From assembly GCA_963774075.1 (NCBI GenBank), contig CAVZDP010000003.1:408062-472061 (forward strand): a DNA stretch of 64,000 bases, read 5' to 3'. Origin of the DNA: an uncultured Solirubrobacterales bacterium. Its GTDB lineage: Bacteria; Actinomycetota; Thermoleophilia; Solirubrobacterales; JBBDJG01. The notes under the pieces were generated by a model, which had not been told where the DNA came from, did not search any database, and saw only the letters and a list, made by a program, of their open reading frames with translations. Positions 17,417-26,334 of the stretch are shown piece after piece; within the stretch, counting starts at the first letter, position 1, and the number at the start of each line of letters is the position of its first letter. A program made the position numbers and the translations under genes.

Positions 17417-19298
17417 CGCGCGCGGGCGTCTGCCCGTGGGTGGGCGCCGCCATCAGCTCTTCGATCAGCGCCCGCCAGCGGTGCGTCTGCAGCCACGCGT
17501 TGTAGCGGGTGGCGAGCCAGCGATACTCACTGGCAGTCGGGTAGGACTGCTCCTCGAGGTGATAGAGCTCGGCCGCCGGCAGGTACCAGTTCTGGCGCCC
17601 GAGGCGGATCAGGCTCAAGCAGAGGTCCGAGTCCTCGTAGCCGCCCTGCACGTACGAGTGGTCGAAGCCGCCAACCTCCTCGAAGAGGGCCCTGTCGATC
17701 ATCATGCACGCTCCCGTCACCGCCGGCACTGGTCGCGCGACGTTGGCAGGCGCGAAGTTCCTCGCGAGCCCCTTGAGGTAGTGCTGGTTGCCCCACAGGG
17801 AAGTCGCCGCGTCGAGCTGGAAGAACATGCCCGCATGTTGGAGTGAGTGGTCCTCGTAGAGGAGCTTCGAACCGAGTGCCCCGATGTTCGGCGTCGCGTC
17901 GTAGAACGCCGCCATGCGGGAGATCCAGCCCGGCCGGGCGGGCAGCACATCGGAGTTCACGAACAGGAGCGTTCGTCCCCGGGCGATCGAGGCGCCGAGG
18001 TTGTTGGCGATCGCGTAGCCTCCGTTGCGGCTGAGGATCGCGACACGGAACGGAAGCCCGTAGAACTCGTGCAGGTCCGCGGCGACGCTGTTGAGGTCGC
18101 GGGCGAGCTCCGGCGAGTCCAGCACGTAGAGCAGGTCGACCGTGCCGATCTCCCGATCGTGTACGAACTGCGCCATCTGGTGCTGAAGGAAGTCGATCCG
18201 CTCGTAGAACGGCACGACGACCGAGACCGTCGGCGACTGCGGTTGGGTCCCGTACTCGATGACGGTGTCGACCTCGACCGACCGTTGCAGCCGCTCCTGT
18301 AGCCGCGACAGGGCTGGGTGAGCGTGCGTCTCGGTCAGCCGATGCTGGAAGTCGTCCTCCTTCGTGTCCCTGAGGATCAGCTCGCGAACCGCGACGAAGT
18401 CCCGAATCACCTCTGGGGTGGCGCCCTCCGTCCCACCTCCCCCGGCGGTCTCGAGCTTCGTCAGCCACCCGGTGGAGAGGCGGCTTGGCGCTGCCAGCTC
18501 GAAGCAGCTCATGAGCCCGTGCTTCTCGGACGTCTCCATGCCGGCGCTGCCATAGGCGTGCTCGATGTCGGGGCGCCCATAGCGGAATGCGTCCTGCAAC
18601 AGCTCCGTCGCGAACCCCTCGGGCGAGACGGCGATCAGCCCGGTCGCCGCCTTCTTCTCGTCTCGGATCCAGCCCCTGATCCAGAATGCGCGATCGTCAA
18701 TCGCCATGATGCGATCGACGTCGTGGTTCAAGGGCTCGTCCGCCGTGCTCACGCGCTCGCGCCCTCGCTCGCGCAGGATCTCGCGCAGGCCCAGCAGGTT
18801 CGTCGCGAGGGTGCCGGCGTCCGCGCCGTCGAGGTGCGGGGCGCAGGCCTCGAGGACGAGCTCGTGCAGCTCCCGCCGCGCGGCCGGCTCCAGGGGCGAA
18901 AGCCGAGCGCCGAGCGCCTCGTCGACCAGCCGGGGTGAGGCCTGCAGCTCGGCCGGGCCCAGGACGAGCGTCGACGGGCCCGAGCGTAGGACGAGCTCGT
19001 TCACGCCCGCGTCGCGGGCGCCTCGCGGAAACTCGACGATGGCGAGCATGCTCACGCTCGCGCCCCCCGCGACCTCGTGACGACGATAGCGCTGGGCGAA
19101 GATGGCGACCTCCGCATCGCCGCCCTCGAGCTTCACTCGAGCACGTACGACGCGCGAGCTGCCCAGATCGCAGACGACGAGCAGCAGATCGTCGTTCAGC
19201 CACGCCGCGCCCGAAAGCGTGCCGTCGCTACGGCGCCGGAACAGTCGGCCCGGCGCCCGGACGAGGTTGCGCAAGGTCGTGGAGAGCCGCTCGAACAT
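17397..19298 (-). CDS. Two-domain glycosyltransferase: unknown ~340-aa N-terminal X domain plus C-terminal GT2 domain (X-GT2 paralog 1 of 4)
   Basis: The GT2 part is VSVVVPFYERIDFLQHQMAQF..LLYVLDSPE..NGGYAIANNLGA..FVNSDVLPARPGW..LLYEDHSLQHAGM..GGYEDSDLCLSL. The N-domain shares IMAIDDRAFWIRGWIRDE..GLIAVSPEG..FRYGRPDI..GW with the ORFs at 24378, 29887 and 34099. Confidence 0.85.
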   Translation of the reverse strand: MFERLSTTLRNLVRAPGRLFRRRSDGTLSGAAWLNDDLLLVVCDLGSSRVVRARVKLEGGDAEVAIFAQRYRRHEVAGGASVSMLAIVEFPRGARDAGVNELVLRSGPSTLVLGPAELQASPRLVDEALGARLSPLEPAARRELHELVLEACAPHLDGADAGTLATNLLGLREILRERGRERVSTADEPLNHDVDRIMAIDDRAFWIRGWIRDEKKAATGLIAVSPEGFATELLQDAFRYGRPDIEHAYGSAGMETSEKHGLMSCFELAAPSRLSTGWLTKLETAGGGGTEGATPEVIRDFVAVRELILRDTKEDDFQHRLTETHAHPALSRLQERLQRSVEVDTVIEYGTQPQSPTVSVVVPFYERIDFLQHQMAQFVHDREIGTVDLLYVLDSPELARDLNSVAADLHEFYGLPFRVAILSRNGGYAIANNLGASIARGRTLLFVNSDVLPARPGWISRMAAFYDATPNIGALGSKLLYEDHSLQHAGMFFQLDAATSLWGNQHYLKGLARNFAPANVARPVPAVTGACMMIDRALFEEVGGFDHSYVQGGYEDSDLCLSLIRLGRQNWYLPAAELYHLEEQSYPTASEYRWLATRYNAWLQTHRWRALIEELMAAPTHGQTPARGAPVAA

Positions 19299-19310
19299 GG
19301 CGTGGGCCTC

Positions 19311-20606
19311 TCAGCCGGTCAGCACTGGCTCTCGGCGCAGAGTGAGCAGGTCGTCATACAGCTGACTGAGGTTCGCCGTGTGCTCCTGCATGGTGTAGAC
19401 GGGCTTGATCCCGGCGTGGAGCTGCTCCCACAGGCCCGGCGTGTCCACAGCTCTCTGGATCGTGTCCGCGAGGTTCTGCGGGTTTCCGACGCGAAAGTGA
19501 AGCCCGTCCACCCCGTCGGTGACCTTCTCCGCCATTCCCCCGACGTCGCTGCAGATCACAGGCCTGCCGTGGAGGAACGCCTCCTGGATCACCAGCGGCG
19601 AGTTCTCCCACCACAGGGACGGAACCACGATCCAGTCGGCTTCGCTCATGAGCCCCGCGACCGCCGCGCGGCTGTAGGCGCCGCGGTTGGCGACCGTCGG
19701 TCCCGCCTCCTGGAGCAGGTTGTGGAACGCGCCCCTCCAGTGCTCGTGCTGCAGCTCCAGGTTGGCCGCGTGGAGCGAGAGCTGGATGTCCTGCCGGATC
19801 CCACGCAGTCGCGCCATGGCACCGAGCAGAACCTGCAGACCCTTGTAAGGGTTGGCCTGGCCGAAGAACGCGAGCCGGTTGCGCGGTCTCGGCTGCCCCT
19901 CGTCCGGCGCCGGCACGCGCGGCTCCGGCCAGCGCCCGTAGTCCTCGAACCGAATTCGCTCGCGCGGGAGTCCCCAGTCGACGTAACGCTCGAGCAGGAA
20001 ATGGCTCGGCGCGAGGAACGTGTCGACGTGCTCGAAATGCGACCGGGCGAAGCGCTCTCGCAGAAAGAACTGCTGAGGAGGGATCTCCGGAAAGCACTCG
20101 TTACAGCGCCGCGGCGACCACTGGAGGCACAGCTCGCCGCTCGATCTCTGGAGCTGCCCCTGACGATGGCAGATCGGGAGGTATTCGTGCAGCGTGTAGA
20201 CGATGGGCACCTCCGGCAGGACGCGCCGAGTGAGCGAGACCAGGTCGATCCCCATGAAGAACGTGTGCTGGAAGTGGACGACGTCGGGTTTCTCCGAGCG
20301 GAGGAACTCGGCGAATTTGTTTGTGTACTGCGACTTCTCCCGCAGGGTCATGAGGAAGAAGTCGAAGTGCGCCTCCTCCGTGAAGAAGAAGTGTTGATTT
20401 TCGTCGTCGTTTATGTTGCTGAACGGGGCGCCCGCGTGTGACGTGCGCGGCTTCGACACGTCGTTGCCCAGCCTTGCCATGAGCACGGGTTGGTACTCCT
20501 GCGATTCCCGCATCGCCTCGTAGAGCTCGAGTGCATATGACTCGGATCCGCCAGGACGGATCGACGGGTGGTTGTGGAGTATGTAGAGGACCTTCTTCTT
20601 GCTCAT
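19311..20606 (-). CDS. GT4-type (GT-B) glycosyltransferase with a Cx13Cx7Cx2C insert (paralog 1 of 6)
   Basis: An in-frame ATG at 20606 gives MSKKKVLYILHNHPSIRPGGSESYALELYEAM. It continues PDVVHFQHT..LHEYLPICHRQGQLQRSSGELCLQWSPRRCNECFPE..FFGQANPYKG..VVPSLWWENSPLVIQEAFLHGRPVICSDVGGMAEKV..GLHF (an EX7E-like GT-B C-terminal motif). Confidence 0.85.
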   Translation of the reverse strand: MSKKKVLYILHNHPSIRPGGSESYALELYEAMRESQEYQPVLMARLGNDVSKPRTSHAGAPFSNINDDENQHFFFTEEAHFDFFLMTLREKSQYTNKFAEFLRSEKPDVVHFQHTFFMGIDLVSLTRRVLPEVPIVYTLHEYLPICHRQGQLQRSSGELCLQWSPRRCNECFPEIPPQQFFLRERFARSHFEHVDTFLAPSHFLLERYVDWGLPRERIRFEDYGRWPEPRVPAPDEGQPRPRNRLAFFGQANPYKGLQVLLGAMARLRGIRQDIQLSLHAANLELQHEHWRGAFHNLLQEAGPTVANRGAYSRAAVAGLMSEADWIVVPSLWWENSPLVIQEAFLHGRPVICSDVGGMAEKVTDGVDGLHFRVGNPQNLADTIQRAVDTPGLWEQLHAGIKPVYTMQEHTANLSQLYDDLLTLRREPVLTG

Positions 20607-20831
20607 GTGAGACGCACGCCCAAGCGGGACGTTAGCCACTCCGGCAGGCGCATCGCCAAGCCCGCGTCGCGTTTCACCAGACGCTGCCGCGGCGACGCGC
20701 CGGCGCTCCTGGAGAGCTCTCCCCCCGCCTTTGTGCGGTGCGGCGGGCCCAAATCGGTCGATTAGACTATACATCGAGAAGTAAGGCGGACTGGGCGGCT
20801 CTGGCGCCGGATCGGGAGCGGTAGGTAAGGC
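20607..20831. promoter_or_regulatory. Divergent intergenic region (225 nt) between the minus-strand GT4/X-GT2 pair and the plus-strand cassette array; candidate bidirectional promoter region
   Basis: This is the largest non-coding gap in the core. It contains the only clearly A/T-rich patch (aaatcggtcgattagactatacatcgagaagtaagg, ~20751-20787). That patch has TAGACT (20763-20768, plus strand) and TATAGT (complement of 20766-20771, minus strand) as -10-like TAnnnT hexamers. No convincing -35 element. Confidence 0.35.
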
Positions 20832-21731
20832 TTGCAATCAGGAGGGGACGGGAGCGGTTCGGCTCAGCTGAGCGCAGAGGAGCGCGACCGTGTGCTGGGG
20901 CGGCTGGGGGAAGTGGTACGCACCCACGTGCCGGCGAATACGCCGGTCGCGGTGGTGAGCGATGGGGACAAGGCCTTCGTCGAGATCGAGGGAGCCAACG
21001 CCCTGCACTTTCCGTCCGCGGAAGACGGTGGGCACGCCGGCCGGCTCCCGGCGGACGGAGCGGAGGCGGTCGAGCTGGTCGAGCTCCTGCGGCGGCGCGA
21101 CGTCCAGTACCTCACCTTGCCGAGCCAGGCGTTCTGGTGGCTCGAACGCTATCCGGAGCTGAACCAGCACCTCATCAAGCGCTACCAACTCCTCGCCAGC
21201 GAGGACGCCTGCCTCCTCTATCGCCTCGTCGAGCAGCCCCGGCAGGCCACCGGGCAGGGTGGCCACCCCGCTGCCGACCCGCGCCTCCTGCAGCCCATCA
21301 GGGACCTCCTCGACCACCTCCTCCCGGCACGGACCGCGGTGGCAGTCATGACGCTCGGCGAGGCAGCTCCACTCCCCGGCGTCCAGGCGTGGCAGTTCCC
21401 GCGCGCCGCCCGGGAGGACCTGGGCCTCGCCGCCGGCCACCTGGCTGCGCTCGAGGCGGGCGGCGTGGAGTTTCTCGTAGTGGCGAGGCCTGAACGCGAA
21501 TGGCTCGAGCTTCACCCGGGGCTGCTCGATTACCTGCGCACGCACCACCGCCTGACGACGAGCCAGGAACACCTATGCGACGTGTACGAGCTCTCCGCTC
21601 CGGTCTCGAACGACCCCGTCCCGGACCGGCCGGAGGAGACCGCGCAGCAGCCGAGCCCGGCTCGGCGCACGCCCGTCACGCGCCTGCTGGATCGAGCCCT
21701 TCGCCCGGGCACCGATGGTAACGACCGTTAA
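20832..21731 (+). CDS. Standalone tandem WWLD-domain protein (tD1): two copies of the ~95-aa domain, the second degenerate
   Basis: Copy 1 is VAVVSDGDKAFVEI..HFPSAEDGGHAGRLPADGAEAVELVELLRRRDVQYLTLPSQAFWWLERYPELNQHLIKRY..CLLYRL. Copy 2 is VAVMTLGEAAPL..FPRAA..GHLAALEAGGVEFLVVARPEREWLELHPGLLDYLRTHH..LCDVYEL. The TTG start at 20832 is inferred because the paralogs conserve the region from SAEERDRV onward. Confidence 0.7.
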   Translation: MQSGGDGSGSAQLSAEERDRVLGRLGEVVRTHVPANTPVAVVSDGDKAFVEIEGANALHFPSAEDGGHAGRLPADGAEAVELVELLRRRDVQYLTLPSQAFWWLERYPELNQHLIKRYQLLASEDACLLYRLVEQPRQATGQGGHPAADPRLLQPIRDLLDHLLPARTAVAVMTLGEAAPLPGVQAWQFPRAAREDLGLAAGHLAALEAGGVEFLVVARPEREWLELHPGLLDYLRTHHRLTTSQEHLCDVYELSAPVSNDPVPDRPEETAQQPSPARRTPVTRLLDRALRPGTDGNDR

Positions 21732-23037
21732 CGCCAGGCCGAAGGTCCTCTTCGTCTGCCACAACCACCCGGCGATCCGTCCGGGGGGCGCCGAGGGCTA
21801 TGCGCTGGACCTGTACGAGGCGATCGGCCTGGCGGGAGAATTCGAGCCGTACTTCCTCGCGCGTGTAGACAACGACCAGCGAGAGGCTCTCTCGCATCAC
21901 GAAACGACGCCGATCACGGGGGTACAGGGCGATCCGAACCAGTACTTCCTGTTCACCGACCTGTCGCAGTGGGACTGGCTCTTCGGCAGGTACCCCGACA
22001 AGACGCCACTGGTCCCGTTCTACCGTGATTTCCTGCAAGCGCTCAAGCCGGACGTCGTCCATTTCCAGCACACCGTGTTCATCGGCTACGACATTCTGCG
22101 CGTGACACGAAACGCGTTGCCGGACTCGCCGATCGTGTACATGCTGCACGAGTACATGCCAATTTGTCTGCGCGGGGGGCAGCTGGTGAGGGTGCATGGG
22201 GACGACCTGTGTCAAAAGGCCTCGCCGCGACGCTGCCACGAATGCTTTCCCAACCTCAGCATGCCCGAGCTCTTCATGCGCGAGCGTTTCGTCAAGTCGC
22301 AGCTGGCGCTAGTGGATTTGTTCCTGACGCCGAGCGCGTACGCCAGAGAGCGCTACATCGACTGGGGCCTGTCAGCCGACTCGATCCGAGCCGTCGAGCA
22401 CGGACTGCGGCCCGTTCAGAGGCTGCCGGAGACCAATGAGGAACGGCCCCGCAACCGCTTTGCGTTCTTCGGCCAGTTCACTCCCACCAAGGGCGCCGAC
22501 GTCTTCCTCGAGGCGGTGAAGCGGCTGGGCGACGACTTCGACGGCCACGTCTGGTTCCACGGCGCGAATCTCGAGGTGCAGCCGCCCGACTTCAGGGAGC
22601 GGATCGAACGGCTGCTGGAGGCGACGGGCGGAAAGGTCAGCATGAGAGGCTCCTATGACCATTCGGGCCTCGCGAAGCTGATGAACCAGATCGACTGGGT
22701 CGTCGTGCCGTCGATCTGGTGGGAGACCGGGCCGCTGGTCGTTCCGGAGGCGTTCCTGTACGGAAGGCCGGTCATCTGCAGCGATATCGGGGGGATGTCC
22801 GAGCGGGTGACCTCCGGGGTCAACGGGCTGCACTTCCGCCGGGCCGATCCGGACAGCCTGGCAGAGGCGATGCTGAAGGCTTCCCGCACTCCCGGGCTGT
22901 GGGAAGAGCTGAGGGCGGGGATCCCGCCGGTGCAGACCATGGAACAGCACGCCGAGCTGGTCGGCGGCATGTACCGTGAGCTTCTCGCCGGACGGCGCGC
23001 AACCGTCGCTCCCGCCGTGCCGAGCACCTCCGCATAG
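21715..23037 (+). CDS. GT4-type glycosyltransferase with Cx13Cx7Cx2C insert (paralog 2 of 6)
   Basis: It reads KVLFVCHNHPAIRPGGAEGYALDLYEAI..PDVVHFQHT..LHEYMPICLRGGQLVRVHGDDLCQKASPRRCHECFPN..FFGQFTPTKG..VVPSIWWETGPLVVPEAFLYGRPVICSDIGGMSERV. The start overlaps the upstream stop by 17 nt. Confidence 0.9.
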   Translation: MVTTVNARPKVLFVCHNHPAIRPGGAEGYALDLYEAIGLAGEFEPYFLARVDNDQREALSHHETTPITGVQGDPNQYFLFTDLSQWDWLFGRYPDKTPLVPFYRDFLQALKPDVVHFQHTVFIGYDILRVTRNALPDSPIVYMLHEYMPICLRGGQLVRVHGDDLCQKASPRRCHECFPNLSMPELFMRERFVKSQLALVDLFLTPSAYARERYIDWGLSADSIRAVEHGLRPVQRLPETNEERPRNRFAFFGQFTPTKGADVFLEAVKRLGDDFDGHVWFHGANLEVQPPDFRERIERLLEATGGKVSMRGSYDHSGLAKLMNQIDWVVVPSIWWETGPLVVPEAFLYGRPVICSDIGGMSERVTSGVNGLHFRRADPDSLAEAMLKASRTPGLWEELRAGIPPVQTMEQHAELVGGMYRELLAGRRATVAPAVPSTSA

Positions 23038-23068
23038 CCGATGCCCAACCCGCTCGAGGAATAGGTCG

Positions 23069-24385
23069 ATGTCCAAGCCCAAAGTTCTCTACGTCGCCCA
23101 GAACCATCCCGAGGTGCGCCCAGGCGGAGCCGAGGGCTATGCGCTCGACCTCTATCACGCGATGCGCCGCATCGGCGAATTCGAGCCGATCTTCTGCGCG
23201 CGTACCGGGCCCCCGATCTCGAAGGTGAAGCGAACCCTCACCGGTGCCCCCTTCACGGCCGCGAACGAGGATCCGAATCAGTACTTCTTCTGGACCGACC
23301 TCACGCACTACGACTGGTTCTACGGGCGTCCGCCCGACAAGTCGATACTGACGAGGTTCTTCCGCGACTTTCTGCTCACGCACCGGCCGGACGTGATCCA
23401 CTTCCAGCACACACTGTTCATCGGCTACGAGGCCGTTCGGATCGCGAGGCGAACGTTGCCGGACACCCCAATCGTGTACATGCTGCACGAGTACCTGCCG
23501 ATCTGTCATCGCGACGGGCAGATGGTCCGCACGCTCGAGAACGACCTCTGCCAGCTCGAGACCCCGCATCGCTGCCACGAGTGCTTTCCGGAAACCAGCC
23601 CGCAGACCTTCTTCGCGCGCAAGCGCTTCATCCAGTCTCAGCTTCGTCACGTCGACGTGTTCATCGCTCCGAGCGAGTACGTGCGCGAGCGCTATGCCGC
23701 CTGGGGAATTCCCGCGGAGAAGATCAGGGTCGAGCCCTACGCCTGCTTCCCCGTCGCAAAACTGGAGACGGACGACCACCAGGGGCCACGAAACAGATTC
23801 GCCTTCTTCGGTCAGTTCACCCCGTACAAGGGCGCTGACGTTCTGCTTCAGGCGATGGCGCAGCTCGGTGACGACTTCGGCGGCCATCTCTGGATCTACG
23901 GCGCCAACCTCGAGACCCAGCGCCCGGAGTTTCGCGAGATGTTCGAGTCCATGCTCGAGGCCACCGGGCGCACGGTGACGTTCGCGGGCCACTACGACCA
24001 CGCCGACTTGCCGAAGCTGATGGAGCGGATCGACTGGGTGGTCGTGCCGTCGATCTGGTGGGAGACGGGGCCCATCGTGGTGCTCGAGGCGTTCCAGTAC
24101 GGGCGCCCCGTCATCTGCAGCGACATCGGCGGGATGTCGGAGAAGGTCACCCACGAGGTCAGCGGACTGCATTTTCGCCGCGGGGATCCGGCCAGCCTTG
24201 CCGAGGCGATGCGTCGGGCCGTGGAGACGCCTGGCATCTGGGACACCCTGCGTACCGGGATCCCCCAGGTTCCGATGATCATGGAGCACGCGCGGGTGCT
24301 GTCGGATCTCTATCGAGATCTGCTTGCCGCGCGCCGGACGCGCCAGAAGGCGGGCCTCGAGACGGTTGGAGCCACCGATGACTGA
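23069..24385 (+). CDS. GT4-type glycosyltransferase with Cx13Cx7Cx2C insert (paralog 3 of 6)
   Basis: An in-frame ATG at 23069 (MSKPKVLYVAQNHPEVRPGGAEGYALDLYHAM) is preceded by GAGGAA. It continues LHEYLPICHRDGQMVRTLENDLCQLETPHRCHECFPE..VVPSIWWETGPIVVLEAFQYGRPVICSDIGGMSEKV. Confidence 0.9.
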   Translation: MSKPKVLYVAQNHPEVRPGGAEGYALDLYHAMRRIGEFEPIFCARTGPPISKVKRTLTGAPFTAANEDPNQYFFWTDLTHYDWFYGRPPDKSILTRFFRDFLLTHRPDVIHFQHTLFIGYEAVRIARRTLPDTPIVYMLHEYLPICHRDGQMVRTLENDLCQLETPHRCHECFPETSPQTFFARKRFIQSQLRHVDVFIAPSEYVRERYAAWGIPAEKIRVEPYACFPVAKLETDDHQGPRNRFAFFGQFTPYKGADVLLQAMAQLGDDFGGHLWIYGANLETQRPEFREMFESMLEATGRTVTFAGHYDHADLPKLMERIDWVVVPSIWWETGPIVVLEAFQYGRPVICSDIGGMSEKVTHEVSGLHFRRGDPASLAEAMRRAVETPGIWDTLRTGIPQVPMIMEHARVLSDLYRDLLAARRTRQKAGLETVGATDD

Positions 24386-26240
24386 CGCGGCGACCTCCTC
24401 CCGCGAGCGCCGGCGCGGGAGGCAACGGCAACAGCGCGCCGGCGGCGTGGCGGCGCTCGGCCCCCGGGTGCTGGTGGCGGTCGGAGAGCTCGCGTCCACG
24501 CGGGGCTCCGAAGTGGAGCTCGCTCAAGGGCGAGAGCGGCTCGAGGCCGAATGTCACATGCTCACGTTCGAGCGCCCCGACCCGGACGGCAGCCCCGAGC
24601 CGGCTCAGCTCCTGTGTGCCGTGATCACCTCCGAAGACTGGGACGTCAACTCCCAAGGGCCGGTGACGCTTACGGCGAACGGGAGCAGCTTCGAGCTCGA
24701 CCCCCGCGCTCAGCTGCAGGCAGCCCTCGGAGCGCTGGTCCGCCGTGACCTCGCCCCTCTCGACGGGCGAACCCGCAACCGGATCAGCGACTTCATGGCA
24801 CGCGCGTGCGCGTCGGCGCTCGCTGGAGCCGGCGGGCTCCGCGTCAGCGAGCGGCTGTTCTCGCTGCGCCAGGCGCTGCGCGAGCGGCTTCCCGTGCACG
24901 CAAACCAGCCCGAGCATCCGATGGGGCTGTATGCCGATCGCCTGCTCGCGATCGATGAGCGCTCTTATTACCTGCGCGGCTGGATGCGAGACGAGGCATC
25001 GAGGGCGGTGCGGCTGACCGCGGTGTCCCCGGAGGGTGCCCGCATGGACCTGCTCGACAGGCTCTACCGCTTCCCACGTCCCGATGTACTCGACTTCTAC
25101 TCCGGGCTCGGCCGGGCGACGGACACGAGACTCGGCATGCTGTCCTTCTTCGACCTCGGCGTCCCGAGCATGGAACCGGCGGGGTGGATATTGGAGATGG
25201 AGGAGGGGGATGGCGCGGCAATCGAGGTCGCCATTCCCCCCGTTGTCCGCGACCCCGAGGTGGTGCGCAACACGATTCTCGAGGACGCCCTGCGCGAGCG
25301 GCAGCTGGACCGGCGGCTGATGGTCGACAACGTCAAGCCGGCGCTGACGCTGATGCAAGAGCGGCTCGAGCAAACGGTGCGCGTGCGTGCCGTCAATCAG
25401 TACGGAGTCGGGCCCGAATCGCCTGACGTGTCCATCATCGTGCCGCTGTACCAGCACATCGAACACGTCGAGATGCAGATGGCCGAGTTCGGCGACGACC
25501 CGCAGTTGCGAGACGCCGACCTGATCTACGTGTTGGACTCGCCCGAGCAGGCCGACGCGCTCGACTTCACGGCGGGCCAGCTCGAGCAGATCTACGGGAT
25601 CCCCTTTCGAACCGTGGTGCTGGAGCACAACGTCGGCTTCGCCGGAGCGAACAACGCCGGCTTCGGCCTCGCCCGCGGGCGGCTTCTGCTATTGCTCAAC
25701 TCGGACGTCTTGCCGGCACGGCCGGGATGGCTGCGGGCGATGGCGGAGTTCTACGACCAGACGCCAGGCATCGGGGCGCTCGGTCCGAAGCTCCTATACG
25801 AGGACGATTCGATCCAGCACGCGGGCATGTGCTTCCATCAGCCTCCGGGCAGCCCCGACTGGCTCGACGCCCACTTCTTCAAGGGCATGCATCGCACGTT
25901 GCCCGAGGCGAACGTCGCCCGCCCGGTGCCCGCCGTGTCGGGGGCCTGTCTCATGATCGCGGCGGACCTCTACCGGCGCCTTCCGTTGCGTGGCATCTAC
26001 GTCCGGGGAGACTACGAGGACTTCGATCTCTGTATGCGGCTGACCGAGGCGGGTCTGGAGAACTGGTACGTCCCAAGCGCCGAGCTCTACCACCTCGAAG
26101 CACAGTCATACACCAGCCAGCTGCGCGGGCCCACCAACCGCTACAACATGTGGCTCCACACGCATCTGTGGAGCGACACGATCGAGCAGCTCATGAGCTC
26201 CGATCGCTACCGGCCCACCGGCGACCTCAGGCCGACATGA
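24378..26240 (+). CDS. X-GT2 glycosyltransferase (paralog 2 of 4)
   Basis: The ATG at 24378 overlaps the upstream stop by 8 nt (ATGACTGA). The N-domain is LLAIDERSYYLRGWMRDEASRAVRLTAVSPEG..LYRFPRPDV..GWILEME. The GT2 part is VSIIVPLYQHIEHVEMQMAEF..LIYVLDSPE..NVGFAGANNAG..LLNSDVLPARPGW..LLYEDDSIQHAGM..GDYEDFDLCMRL. Confidence 0.85.
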   Translation: MTDAATSSRERRRGRQRQQRAGGVAALGPRVLVAVGELASTRGSEVELAQGRERLEAECHMLTFERPDPDGSPEPAQLLCAVITSEDWDVNSQGPVTLTANGSSFELDPRAQLQAALGALVRRDLAPLDGRTRNRISDFMARACASALAGAGGLRVSERLFSLRQALRERLPVHANQPEHPMGLYADRLLAIDERSYYLRGWMRDEASRAVRLTAVSPEGARMDLLDRLYRFPRPDVLDFYSGLGRATDTRLGMLSFFDLGVPSMEPAGWILEMEEGDGAAIEVAIPPVVRDPEVVRNTILEDALRERQLDRRLMVDNVKPALTLMQERLEQTVRVRAVNQYGVGPESPDVSIIVPLYQHIEHVEMQMAEFGDDPQLRDADLIYVLDSPEQADALDFTAGQLEQIYGIPFRTVVLEHNVGFAGANNAGFGLARGRLLLLLNSDVLPARPGWLRAMAEFYDQTPGIGALGPKLLYEDDSIQHAGMCFHQPPGSPDWLDAHFFKGMHRTLPEANVARPVPAVSGACLMIAADLYRRLPLRGIYVRGDYEDFDLCMRLTEAGLENWYVPSAELYHLEAQSYTSQLRGPTNRYNMWLHTHLWSDTIEQLMSSDRYRPTGDLRPT

Positions 26241-26334
26241 TCGAGCTGGATGTGGCTCCCAGAGCGGTTTTCGGCCACAATGCCACTGTTATACTGACCG
26301 TGAGGTTTTCGGAGCGGAAGGAGTAGAGGCAGAG

